From assembly GCA_963715335.1 (NCBI GenBank), contig CAVQRZ010000014.1, positions 32,001-96,000 of the forward strand: DNA of 64,000 nucleotides. Reading direction: 5' to 3'. Both the position numbers and the translations under genes were made by a program. The first letter of the stretch is position 1; every line of letters starts with the position of its first letter. This stretch comes from an uncultured delta proteobacterium. Lineage in GTDB: Bacteria > Desulfobacterota > Desulfuromonadia > Desulfuromonadales > BM103. Of the stretch, positions 55,312 to 64,000 are shown piece by piece. The notes under the pieces were generated by a model that was not told the origin of the DNA, searched no databases, and saw only the letters and a program-made list of their open reading frames with translations.

Positions 55312-58300
55312 GGCTGTTCCTCATTTAGCCCTGTGCCAAAGATCCGTCCCAGCCAGCGCAGGAAATCCTCGACCAGCAGGTAGAGGCTGGGAACCAGCAG
55401 CAAGGTGATGAAGGTGGCGAAAAGAATGCCGAACCCCAGTGAGAGAGCCATGGGGATCAGGAACCTGGCTTGGCGTGAGGTTTCGAAGATCATGGGTGCC
55501 AGGCCACCGAACGTGGTCAGAGTGGTCAGGATAATCGGTCGAAAGCGCCGGGTTCCGGCTGCGCAGATCGCGTCATGCGCGGAGCCGCCGTCCAGTCGTT
55601 GCCGGTTGGCATAGTCGATCAGCACCAGTGAGTCGTTTACCACCACACCGGACAATGCGACAATCCCCATCATGCTCATCAGGCTGAGACTGTAACCCAT
55701 GATCAGGTGACCGAGGGTGGCACCGACGATGCCGAAGGGGATGGCCAGCATGACGATCAATGGTTGTGTGTAGCTGCGGAACGGAATCGCCAGAAGGAAG
55801 TAGATGGCGATCATGGCGAAGCCGAAGCCATAGACCAGTCCGCCGGTGCTTTCCTTCATACTGGCCTGGCGGCCCTGGTAGCCGTAGGTCAAGCCTGGAA
55901 AATCACGAGCCAATTCCGGTAATACCTGGCTGTTCAGGGTGGCGAGAATCTGGCTGGTCTGACCGATCGGCTCGACGTCAGCTGTCACGGTCACAGTGCG
56001 GCGAGCATCGCGGCGGTTGATAGTCGTATAGGCGCGGCCTCGTTCAACTTTGGCGACCTCCAGGAGCGGGACGAAGGTTCCGGAAGAAGTGCGAATCATC
56101 AGGTTCTCGACGTTGAATTCGCTGCTGCGCTCGTTCTCCGGCAAACGCACGCGAACCGTAACCTCGTTGCGACCACGCTGCTGGCGCAGGGCCTCCGTGC
56201 CGGAAAAAGCGTTACGCACCTGGCGGGCAATTTCCCGGGAGGTCAGGCCGAGGCTTTCGCCGCTCGGTGTGATGCGGAAATCGAGTTGCTCCTTGCCCGG
56301 GCTGAAGCCATCATCGATATCCTTGACGTTGGCAAATTCATCGAGGCGTTCTGCCAGGGAGCTGCTGGCCTGGTCAAGGATGCTGGTGTCACGATGCGAA
56401 AGTTCCACGGTTAGGGCCCCTCCGCCGCCTGGCCCGCCGCGGTCCGATTCGTAGCGCAACGATTCCAGGCCGATAATCTGTCCGACCTGTTCGCGCCAGA
56501 GCTTGGTAACGATGCCTGTGTTTAACGGGCGAACGCCGGGGGGGGCCAGGTAGGCCGTGATCTCGACCTGGTTCTCATCGATCATGGCAAAAACGCCCTG
56601 CAGGAGCTGTTCGCCGCCGTTCGCAGCCGCGACCTCCTCGATGCCGCGCACCAGCCTGGTCTGGACTTCACGGGCATCTGCCAGAGGACTCCCGGCCGGT
56701 AAAACTGCCGTGACAACGGCGCGGTCGGACTCGATTCTAGGCATCAGGATCATGCCGATGCGTCCGCTCATGACATAACTGAGGACGATTATCAATATGG
56801 CCACGCCTATGGCGACCGTCAGGCCGCGCCAGCGGATACTGAGCTCCAAAAACGGCCGGTAACGGGTTTCGATAAAACGCGAGACCCTGGCGCTGAATCT
56901 TTGCTGCAAGGCGTGCAGCCGGGCGGTCAGGCGGCTGGCGGGGGCGCTCCTGGTATGGGCGAGGTGAGCGGGCAGGATAAACAGGGCCTCGACCCATGAA
57001 ATCAGGAAAACGGTGATGACCACCACGGGGATCGCTTTCCAGATCTTGCCCATGGTGCCCGGGATGAAATAGAGCGGCAGAAACGCCACGATATTGGTGA
57101 GGATCGCATAGGTGATCGGGATCGCGACGTTGCGGGCGCCGAGAATCGCCGCCTTGGCCATGCCGTGACCCCGCTGGCGGTATTCGTAGATGTTCTCACC
57201 GGCGACGATGGCGTCGTCAACGACGATCCCCAGTGCGATGATAAAGGCGAACATCGACATGATGTTGATCGAGACATCCATAACAGGAAGGAACAGCATG
57301 CCGCCGAGGAATGATATCGGAATCCCCATGGTGACCCAGAAGGCGAGCTTGAATTCGAGAAACAGACCGAGGAGCAGGAGCACGAGGGCCAGGCCCATGC
57401 AGGCGTTCTTTAACAGCAAGTTGAGGCGCTGCTCGTAGATTTCGGACCGGTCCTGGTTGATGTCCCAGAAGATCCCCACGGGCAGGTCCGCCTCGATTTC
57501 GGCCATGGCGCCCCGGACTGCCCGGGAGACGCCGACCGGGGTCTGGTCGCCGACCCGGAATATGTCGAGGCCGATGCTGCGCTGGCCGTTGTAAGTAGCG
57601 AAACGGTCGCTGTCTGCGAAACTTTCCCGGACGGTGGCGATGTCCTCGAGAAGGACGATCGTGCCATCGGCCATGCTGATGATCGGGATGCGGGAGAACT
57701 CCCTGGCCCAGTCCCGGCGATCTGTGACGCGCAGCAGGATGTCTCCGCCCCTGGTCTCCACGGCCCCTCCCGGGATTTCCGTCGATGCCGACGCAATCGC
57801 ACTGCCGATACCATCGAGCGTGAGGCCATAGGCCCGCAATTTCTCCTGGGGGACATCAATATGGATTTCCAGGTCGCGCGCGCCCGACAGGTCAATCTGG
57901 GTAATCCCGGGATCCTGGAGCAGCCGGTCGCGAACCTGTTCAACGGCTTCGCGCAGGGCCGCTTCCGTGGTGTTCCCATATAACTGGATATTGAGGACTT
58001 CGCGGCGTCTGGCGAGAAGGGAGACCTGGGACTCCTCCGCATCGTCCGGGAATGTGCGGATGCGGTCGATCTCCTGTTTGATTTCCTGGTAAACTTTCTG
58101 CTGGTCGGCATCGCTGAGCAACTCGATCCTGACTGAACCGTGTCCTTCAGCGGCTGTTGCCGTCAGCTCCTTGATGCCGTCAAGGCCCCGCACCGCCTCT
58201 TCGATGACAAGGATGATCCCCTGCTCGACTTCCTCCGGGCTGGCGCCGGGGTAGGCGACGCTGACCGTGACCATGTCCAGCTCGAATTCGGGGAAGACCT

Positions 58301-58433
58301 CTTTCTTGATCTGGCCCGAAACAAGGAGGCCGCCGAGGAGGAGAAAGATCATCAGCAGGTTGGGCGTAACCCGGTTGTAGGCCATCCAGGCGAGCGGTCC
58401 CCGTTGCCAACGCTCTGTGCGAAGACGATTCAT
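55308..58433 (-). CDS. RND efflux permease (AcrB/D/F family)
   Basis: YPGASPEEVE, GIVVDDAIV, RFRPIILT; 1041 aa. Confidence 0.95.
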   Translation of the reverse strand: MNRLRTERWQRGPLAWMAYNRVTPNLLMIFLLLGGLLVSGQIKKEVFPEFELDMVTVSVAYPGASPEEVEQGIILVIEEAVRGLDGIKELTATAAEGHGSVRIELLSDADQQKVYQEIKQEIDRIRTFPDDAEESQVSLLARRREVLNIQLYGNTTEAALREAVEQVRDRLLQDPGITQIDLSGARDLEIHIDVPQEKLRAYGLTLDGIGSAIASASTEIPGGAVETRGGDILLRVTDRRDWAREFSRIPIISMADGTIVLLEDIATVRESFADSDRFATYNGQRSIGLDIFRVGDQTPVGVSRAVRGAMAEIEADLPVGIFWDINQDRSEIYEQRLNLLLKNACMGLALVLLLLGLFLEFKLAFWVTMGIPISFLGGMLFLPVMDVSINIMSMFAFIIALGIVVDDAIVAGENIYEYRQRGHGMAKAAILGARNVAIPITYAILTNIVAFLPLYFIPGTMGKIWKAIPVVVITVFLISWVEALFILPAHLAHTRSAPASRLTARLHALQQRFSARVSRFIETRYRPFLELSIRWRGLTVAIGVAILIIVLSYVMSGRIGMILMPRIESDRAVVTAVLPAGSPLADAREVQTRLVRGIEEVAAANGGEQLLQGVFAMIDENQVEITAYLAPPGVRPLNTGIVTKLWREQVGQIIGLESLRYESDRGGPGGGGALTVELSHRDTSILDQASSSLAERLDEFANVKDIDDGFSPGKEQLDFRITPSGESLGLTSREIARQVRNAFSGTEALRQQRGRNEVTVRVRLPENERSSEFNVENLMIRTSSGTFVPLLEVAKVERGRAYTTINRRDARRTVTVTADVEPIGQTSQILATLNSQVLPELARDFPGLTYGYQGRQASMKESTGGLVYGFGFAMIAIYFLLAIPFRSYTQPLIVMLAIPFGIVGATLGHLIMGYSLSLMSMMGIVALSGVVVNDSLVLIDYANRQRLDGGSAHDAICAAGTRRFRPIILTTLTTFGGLAPMIFETSRQARFLIPMALSLGFGILFATFITLLLVPSLYLLVEDFLRWLGRIFGTGLNEEQP

Positions 58434-59677
58434 GGTTTGGTCTTCTCGCCTCCTGCGGGACTTTCTGCCGTGGCTTCACGAACCCTCAGGCTCATCCCCT
58501 GCACGGGCGATGGCAGGTTCGAGGTCACCAGGAGTTCGCCGGCACTGATGCCGCCGGTGACCAGAACCTGGTCCTGGTCGCGGAACGTTATTTCGATCGT
58601 GCGAATGTCAAGGTTCCCCTGTTCGTCCATGATCCAGATGCGGTTGCCGTCGTGCACCAGGTCACGTTCTATGGCGACCGCGCGGGGCAGGGCCTGCCCC
58701 GCGATCTCAACCCGGACATAACTGCCGAGCAGGAGGCGGCGCACGCCACTGGAGCGGGTCTGCAGGGCAAGGGGGTCGGGGACTTCGATAAGCAGTTTTG
58801 CCATGCGGCCCTGGGCTTCGACGTCTGCCATCACGCCGATCACTTGCCCGGGGCGGTTGGTTTCGGAACCCCAGGCGGCGGCATCGTAAATCAACACCTG
58901 CGAGCCGTCAGTCTTGCTCTTTTCACCGGTATGAATCCATTTCAGCTGGCTGGCAGGAACCGGAGCTTCCACCCAGAAGGCATCACTGTCCACCAACGTC
59001 GCCAGCGGGGTGCCCATGCTGACACTGGTCCCGAGGTTGACGTCGCGGGAAATGACCACTGCATTGAAAGGAGCATTGACAATGGTTCGTTGCAGGTTGA
59101 GCTGAGCCTGTTCCAGGCGGGCCGCCGCCCCTTCCAGGGAGGCCCGGATATCCTCGAGCTGCGGTTCGCGCAGCATCAGGTTTTTTTCTTCCTCGCTGAC
59201 GGCTTCGCCAAGCAATTCAAATTCTTTCTGCGCCACCCGCTGTCGGCCCAGTTCGATCTGGTAGTCAGCTTCGACCCTGGCGACCTCGCTGGAGAGCTGT
59301 CTCACCGCGAGGCGATAGTCACTGGGGTCTATGGCAAGCAGCTGTTCGCCTTGGGAAAAGTGACCACCGGGAACCAACTTGTCGCTGAAGCTGATAATTT
59401 CGCCACTGACCTGTGGCTTGATAACGACTTCGCGCTTCGGTATGACCGTGCCCATAACACTGATGCTCGTCGTTTGCGGGGCGAACTCAAGCGGGCGCAC
59501 GTCCACCATGGCTGCATTGCGCACTTTCTGCCGGGGCTCGGTCTTGGGGCCCGTCTGCATCAGCCATAAGGCGACGACTGAACTGATTGCAACCACGACG
59601 ATCGGCAGCAGCAGTCGCAATGGCGCCGCCGGACGATACGATTTCGGTGATTCATGGTGTTGTTGGTCAGAGTCCAT
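58430..59677 (-). CDS. RND membrane fusion protein
   Basis: PQVSGEI, APFNAVV, N-terminal anchor. Confidence 0.92.
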   Translation of the reverse strand: MDSDQQHHESPKSYRPAAPLRLLLPIVVVAISSVVALWLMQTGPKTEPRQKVRNAAMVDVRPLEFAPQTTSISVMGTVIPKREVVIKPQVSGEIISFSDKLVPGGHFSQGEQLLAIDPSDYRLAVRQLSSEVARVEADYQIELGRQRVAQKEFELLGEAVSEEEKNLMLREPQLEDIRASLEGAAARLEQAQLNLQRTIVNAPFNAVVISRDVNLGTSVSMGTPLATLVDSDAFWVEAPVPASQLKWIHTGEKSKTDGSQVLIYDAAAWGSETNRPGQVIGVMADVEAQGRMAKLLIEVPDPLALQTRSSGVRRLLLGSYVRVEIAGQALPRAVAIERDLVHDGNRIWIMDEQGNLDIRTIEITFRDQDQVLVTGGISAGELLVTSNLPSPVQGMSLRVREATAESPAGGEKTKP

Positions 59678-59707
59678 TCGCTTGCCTCGTAAAATTTCCG
59701 GACCGGA

Positions 59708-61093
59708 TCATCGGGACATTTTCCAGCCGCCGGCCAGTGCCCGGCAGAGATTGACGCGGTTCTCAAAGAGCGCACCGCGGGCAGTGAGCCTGGTGAGTTG
59801 CAGTTGCTGTTCGGACAGAATCGAAGCAAGCACCCGCTGATAATCGACGGCCCCATTCAGGTAGCGGTCACGAATCCGCTCCGTTGCCTGTGCCGCCAGC
59901 TCCAGCTGCAGGTCGAGGCTGTCCAGGTATTCGAGCTGCCGCTCTTCCCGGGCCAGCGCATCTTCGACTTCAGCGAGAGCTTCGAGGACTGTCTGGCCGT
60001 AACTGTGCAGGGCCGCCGATGCTGCCGCACGGGTTCTGTCGACTTCAGCCCGGCGACGTCCGCCGTCGACCACAGGTGCCAGCAGGTTTGCGGCAATGGT
60101 AGACAGCCAGTCATTAAACAGGTCCTCGAGCTCTTCACTTGCAGTGGTCGTCCGCCCGGTCAGGCTGAGACGGGGGAACCGGTCGGCGACTGCTGCTGCG
60201 ACCCGCTGGTCGGCGGCCTGGATCTGTAGCCAGGCGGCACGCACGTCCGGACGCCTTTCGATCAGTTCGCTTTGCAGACCGGTATCAGGCAGGGGCGGCA
60301 GACCGCCGAGAGCCGGTTGGGTGAGCTGCGGGGCCTGGTCAGGGGGTAAACCAAGCAAGACGGCCAGCTGGTTGAACAAGACCTGCTCCTGTGCCGCAGC
60401 CAGAACCAGCTCGCCGCGACGGTTTTCCACCACGAGGCGCTGTTGCAAGAGGTCGGCGATGCCGACCTGGCCGGTCCGGAACTGCAGGGTCACCAGTTCG
60501 AGGGTCTGCCGGTTGGTGCTTAGCTGCCGTTCGAGGAGCATGATTTGCTCGCGCTGCTCAATCAGCTTGAACCAGGTTGAGGCGACTCTCGCGGTCAGTG
60601 TCAGAGCTGCGGTCTGCAGGGCCTCGGCGCTGGCCACGGCGTCCAGTTCCGCGGCCTCCCGGGTAGAATTGATTCTTCCCCAGAGGTCGATTTCGTAGCT
60701 TGCCGACAAGCCGAGGCTGAAGTCGTTGCGCGATTCGTCGTGGGAACCGGTCCGAGAACCCGTTGTCCTCCCGACGGCTTCCCCGTCCAGCTGCGGCCAG
60801 AGCTCTGCTCCTGTCCTGCGGGCCACGGCGCGGGCCTGATCAAGGCGGTCCCAGGCAGTTTGCAGAGAAAGGTTGTCGCTCAGGGCGGTTTCAATAAGTT
60901 GGTCGAGAACCGGGTCGGCGAAAGTCAACCACCAGCGGTCGGGCAGGACTTCTTTCCCGGATACAGAAAATTGACCCTGCGGCTGGTAGGGAGCGATCGA
61001 TGAGGGTGTGCCGATCGAACATGCTGTCAGTGCGATGATCGTACACAGGCAAAACCAACGGTGGATTCTGTATGGATGTGAACCGTTTCGCAT
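59708..61093 (-). CDS. Outer-membrane efflux lipoprotein (NodT/TolC family)
   Basis: LTAC lipobox, YEIDLWGR, RRPDV, ALAGGW. Confidence 0.92.
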   Translation of the reverse strand: MRNGSHPYRIHRWFCLCTIIALTACSIGTPSSIAPYQPQGQFSVSGKEVLPDRWWLTFADPVLDQLIETALSDNLSLQTAWDRLDQARAVARRTGAELWPQLDGEAVGRTTGSRTGSHDESRNDFSLGLSASYEIDLWGRINSTREAAELDAVASAEALQTAALTLTARVASTWFKLIEQREQIMLLERQLSTNRQTLELVTLQFRTGQVGIADLLQQRLVVENRRGELVLAAAQEQVLFNQLAVLLGLPPDQAPQLTQPALGGLPPLPDTGLQSELIERRPDVRAAWLQIQAADQRVAAAVADRFPRLSLTGRTTTASEELEDLFNDWLSTIAANLLAPVVDGGRRRAEVDRTRAAASAALHSYGQTVLEALAEVEDALAREERQLEYLDSLDLQLELAAQATERIRDRYLNGAVDYQRVLASILSEQQLQLTRLTARGALFENRVNLCRALAGGWKMSR

Positions 61094-61187
61094 GGGCCCT
61101 TTCAGGAGCTTAACAGTGTTTGCCAGGCTACACACAAGCGTCATAAACGTTCAACGTATCTTAGACGAAACAGATGGGAAAAAGTTC

Positions 61188-61218
61188 AAAAAAAAACGCC
61201 CGCTGGCGGGCGTTTTGG
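61188..61218 (-). terminator. Intrinsic terminator after efp
   Basis: A-run then AAAACGCCCGC-TG-GCGGGCGTTTT. Confidence 0.75.
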
Positions 61219-61236
61219 AAATGTCTTTGAGTTGGA

Positions 61237-61800
61237 TCATTCTTTAACGCGGGTCACGTATTCGCCAGTCCGGGTGTCAATCTGGATCAGGGTCCCCTGT
61301 TCGACAAAGCCCGGGACCTGCAGTGTGTAACCGCTTTCCACCGTGGCCGGTTTGTTGTTGCCGGTGGCAGTGTCGCCCTTGACCCAGGGGTCTGTCTGGG
61401 TGACCCGCAGGTTGACGAAGTTGGGCAGGGTGACGCCAATGCCACGCTCACCGTGCATGAGGACCTTGACTTCCATGTTGTCGACCAGGAAGTATTTGTC
61501 CTCACCGAGGATGTCGCCGTCGATGGTTGCCTGCTCGTAAGTCTTCTGATCCATGAAAACGTAGCCGGTCTCATCCTGGTAGAGGTACTGCATGTCGCGC
61601 TCATCCAGGCTGGCCGGTGCGAAGCTTTCCCCGGAGCGATAAGTGCGGTCGAAAAGCGCGCCGGTGATCATGTTGCGCAGTTTGCACTTGTAGAGGGCCT
61701 GGCCCTTGCCTGGCTTGGTGAAGTCGAACTGGGCGACGACGTGTGGTTCCCCGTCGATCATTACCTTGAGGCCTTTTTTCAGGTCAGCGCAGGAATACAT
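61237..61800 (-). CDS. efp: Elongation factor P
   Basis: KPGKGQA loop, KGDTATG, IDTRTGEY. Confidence 0.97.
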   Translation of the reverse strand: MYSCADLKKGLKVMIDGEPHVVAQFDFTKPGKGQALYKCKLRNMITGALFDRTYRSGESFAPASLDERDMQYLYQDETGYVFMDQKTYEQATIDGDILGEDKYFLVDNMEVKVLMHGERGIGVTLPNFVNLRVTQTDPWVKGDTATGNNKPATVESGYTLQVPGFVEQGTLIQIDTRTGEYVTRVKE

Positions 61801-62071
61801 GTGAAAACTCCTTCGAGAAGTTGAGCCGTACAGTTTGTGGACTTGCTTTTATACACAAAAGGGCGGTGCGTGTCATCGGTTTTTTCAGGAGAAACCAGGG
61901 AATCCAGTCTCCAGAATTCAGAATCCGGAATAATCAGACCATTGACCTGATGGCTTGCGCTCACTTTGAAAATCTACTGGATACTGGATACCGAATTCTG
62001 TATTCTCCTTTTTGTCATTATCAATACCAGATAAGGCATGCACCGTGAAGTGCAGGGAATAAGGAGAACAT

Positions 62072-62632
62072 ATGACTTCAAACGATCTTAAACGCGGCCA
62101 GGTCATTCTGCTTGACGCAGCACCCTGCCTGGTCCTCGATGTGTCCAGCCAGTCGCCTTCGGCACGTGGCGGCAGCACACTGATCAAGACCAGGTACCGC
62201 AATCTTCTGACCAGCCAGGTCCTGGACAAAACCTTCAAGGCCGGTGAGCGAGTCGATGCCGCTGATTTTGAGAAACGCAAGGGCCAGTTCCTCTATGCCG
62301 ACGGCGACAACGGCATATTCATGGACCTGGAAAGTTACGAACAGTACGAGCTGGGCGACGAGATGTACGGGCCGGTGAAAGGCTTCCTGCTCGACGGCAC
62401 CGGTGTTGTCCTGGGGGTCTTCGAAGGTCAGGTCGTCTCAGTCGAGCCGCCAATGACCGTTGAACTCCTCGTTACGGAAACCGCCCCGGCAATCAAGAAC
62501 GCCACCGCCCAGGCCCAGACCAAGGAAGCAACCCTCGAAACCGGTTTGAAGATCCAGGTCCCCGCCTATCTCGAGTCTGATGAGCTGGTCAAGGTTGACA
62601 CCCGGGAAGGGCGGTTCGTTTCAAGGGCTTGA
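62072..62632 (+). CDS. yeiP: EF-P-like protein (EfpL/YeiP)
   Basis: EF-P-type sequence with SPSARGG loop, KNATA, VDTREG. Confidence 0.85.
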   Translation: MTSNDLKRGQVILLDAAPCLVLDVSSQSPSARGGSTLIKTRYRNLLTSQVLDKTFKAGERVDAADFEKRKGQFLYADGDNGIFMDLESYEQYELGDEMYGPVKGFLLDGTGVVLGVFEGQVVSVEPPMTVELLVTETAPAIKNATAQAQTKEATLETGLKIQVPAYLESDELVKVDTREGRFVSRA

Positions 62633-62681
62633 AGACCGGAACGCGGGACGAGTAACGCGAAAACCATCTATTGATAAATCC

Positions 62682-62716
62682 AAAGGGTTGCCACGGCTGT
62701 GTGCAGCCCTTTTTTT
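62682..62716 (+). terminator. Putative terminator after efpL
   Basis: AAGGGTTGC..GCAGCCCTTTTTTT. Confidence 0.55.
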
Positions 62717-63057
62717 ATCGGGTCTTTTTGTTTTTATCACGTTCTGCGTCCCGCGTTCCCCGTTCCGAACACTTTTTGCAAATCTGCAAAAAGTGTTCAT
62801 CCCCTCCTCGCACTTGTGCAAAACCATGTTTTAAGATCACCCGTATTTCACTCCAAGCTCCCGTAACTACTAAATTAATTTTAGATCTCACCTGGTTCTT
62901 GGCCGCTCCCTGCGGCCTGTCCACCCGGAAAGCGGTCAGAGGTTTTTGCATTTTTGCAAATAGAACAATTTTTGACGGCAGGTTCTTGTTTACAGAAAAG
63001 CTATCCAACTGTCTGAAATTATTATTTAAAAAAGTTTTTTCGAGCGGTCTGTGTGGT

Positions 63058-63072
63058 TGGTACATGAGTTGC
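63058..63072 (+). promoter_or_regulatory. Putative sigma54 -24/-12 promoter
   Basis: TGGTAC-ATGAG-TTGC, GG-N10-GC spacing. Confidence 0.6.
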
Positions 63073-63256
63073 CAATAGTATCTGCCGTGAACGGACAAAA
63101 GAGCAAAGGCAGACAATGATCGAATCGAGCCCAGGACATCGCAGGAACAAGCCGGTGATTGGCGTAATCAAGGTGCGCTGGCCACTTTCGTACCGGGTTC
63201 AACAGTTAAATCAATACGGAATGGATAACTCATACATCATGACCAAGGAGGCAGAC

Positions 63257-64000
63257 ATGGGCAAGCAGAGTGTTTCATCGAAACGGGGCTGGACTGTTGT
63301 AATGGCCGGTACCGGTATCAACCTGGCACTGGGTATCCTTTACACCTGGAGTATCTTCAAAGGGGCCATTGCCGACTCGATCGCCGGTGGCGGGGCCGGT
63401 GCCTTTGCCTGGGACAAGGCGTCTATTAACGACCCATATGCTACTGCCTGTCTGATGTTTGCCCTGGCCATGATTGTTGCCGGAAAGGTCCAGGATAAGT
63501 TTGGCCCCCGCATCACCTGCATGATCGGTGGCCTGATGGTCGGCGCCGGTTTTATCTGGATTTCCCAGACCACTAACTACTGGGCCTGGATCGCAGGTTT
63601 CGGTGTCATGGCGGGGATGGGGATCGGCTTCGGTTACTCCTCGGCGACGCCTCCGGCGCTCAAATGGTTTCCCCCTGCCAAGACCGGCCTGATTGCCGGC
63701 ATCGTGGTTGCCGGCTTCGGTCTCGCCTCGGTCTATATCGCACCGCTGGCCCAGTACCTGCTCGGAAACTACGGTCTGCAACAGTCAATGATGTATTTCG
63801 GGATCGGTTTTGTGGCAGTCACCTGCTTTTTCGGCATGTTCCTCGCCAATCCTCCCGCTGGCTACGTCGCCGATCCGAACGCGGCCAAATCTGCAGCCAA
63901 GGCAGTCGTCAACGAAGACAAGTCGCCTGCCCAGATTCTCAAGACCGCCCAGTTCTACACCCTCTGGGCCTGCTTCTTCATTGGCGCCGGCGCCGGCCTG
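63257..64000 (+). CDS. OFA-family (oxalate/formate antiporter-like) MFS transporter, runs off window
   Basis: MGKQSVSSKRGWTVVMAGTGINLALGILYTWSIF.., QDKFGPR, KWFP; AAGGAGG RBS. Confidence 0.88.
   Translation, partial: MGKQSVSSKRGWTVVMAGTGINLALGILYTWSIFKGAIADSIAGGGAGAFAWDKASINDPYATACLMFALAMIVAGKVQDKFGPRITCMIGGLMVGAGFIWISQTTNYWAWIAGFGVMAGMGIGFGYSSATPPALKWFPPAKTGLIAGIVVAGFGLASVYIAPLAQYLLGNYGLQQSMMYFGIGFVAVTCFFGMFLANPPAGYVADPNAAKSAAKAVVNEDKSPAQILKTAQFYTLWACFFIGAGAGL

Noticed and set aside
63075..63256. Riboswitch in the OFA transporter leader
   Set aside because: Some pairing (TCTGCC/GGCAGA) but no recognisable aptamer consensus

Overview
A 64-kb GC-rich bacterial chromosome segment; gene content suggests Desulfuromonadia (inferred). 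Housekeeping genes include recO-glyQ-glyS-ppdK, nfi, a TPP-riboswitch thiF-S-G-H-E operon, glpK, pepN, hemY and def. There is a sco-coxA-coxC-coxD-coxB-ctaB heme-copper oxidase operon and an EF-P locus (efp, efpL, epmA, epmB-like) interrupted by an RND efflux operon. Most notable: (1) five copies of a 390-560 bp hairpin-rich foldback element with terminal palindromes and no transposase; (2) an HgcB-like (mercury-methylation) ferredoxin with no hgcA anywhere in the window; (3) a second cytochrome c domain of CoxB hidden behind a frameshift; (4) a 5'-truncated DHH paralog remnant abutting ctaB; (5) pervasive heptamer and AACGCAAAG intergenic repeats. Single-base frameshifts (FAH hydrolase, rhodanese, coxA, coxB) could be assembly errors or real decay. 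No rRNA, tRNA, CRISPR array or transposase was seen. All family calls come from motif recognition, not database searches.
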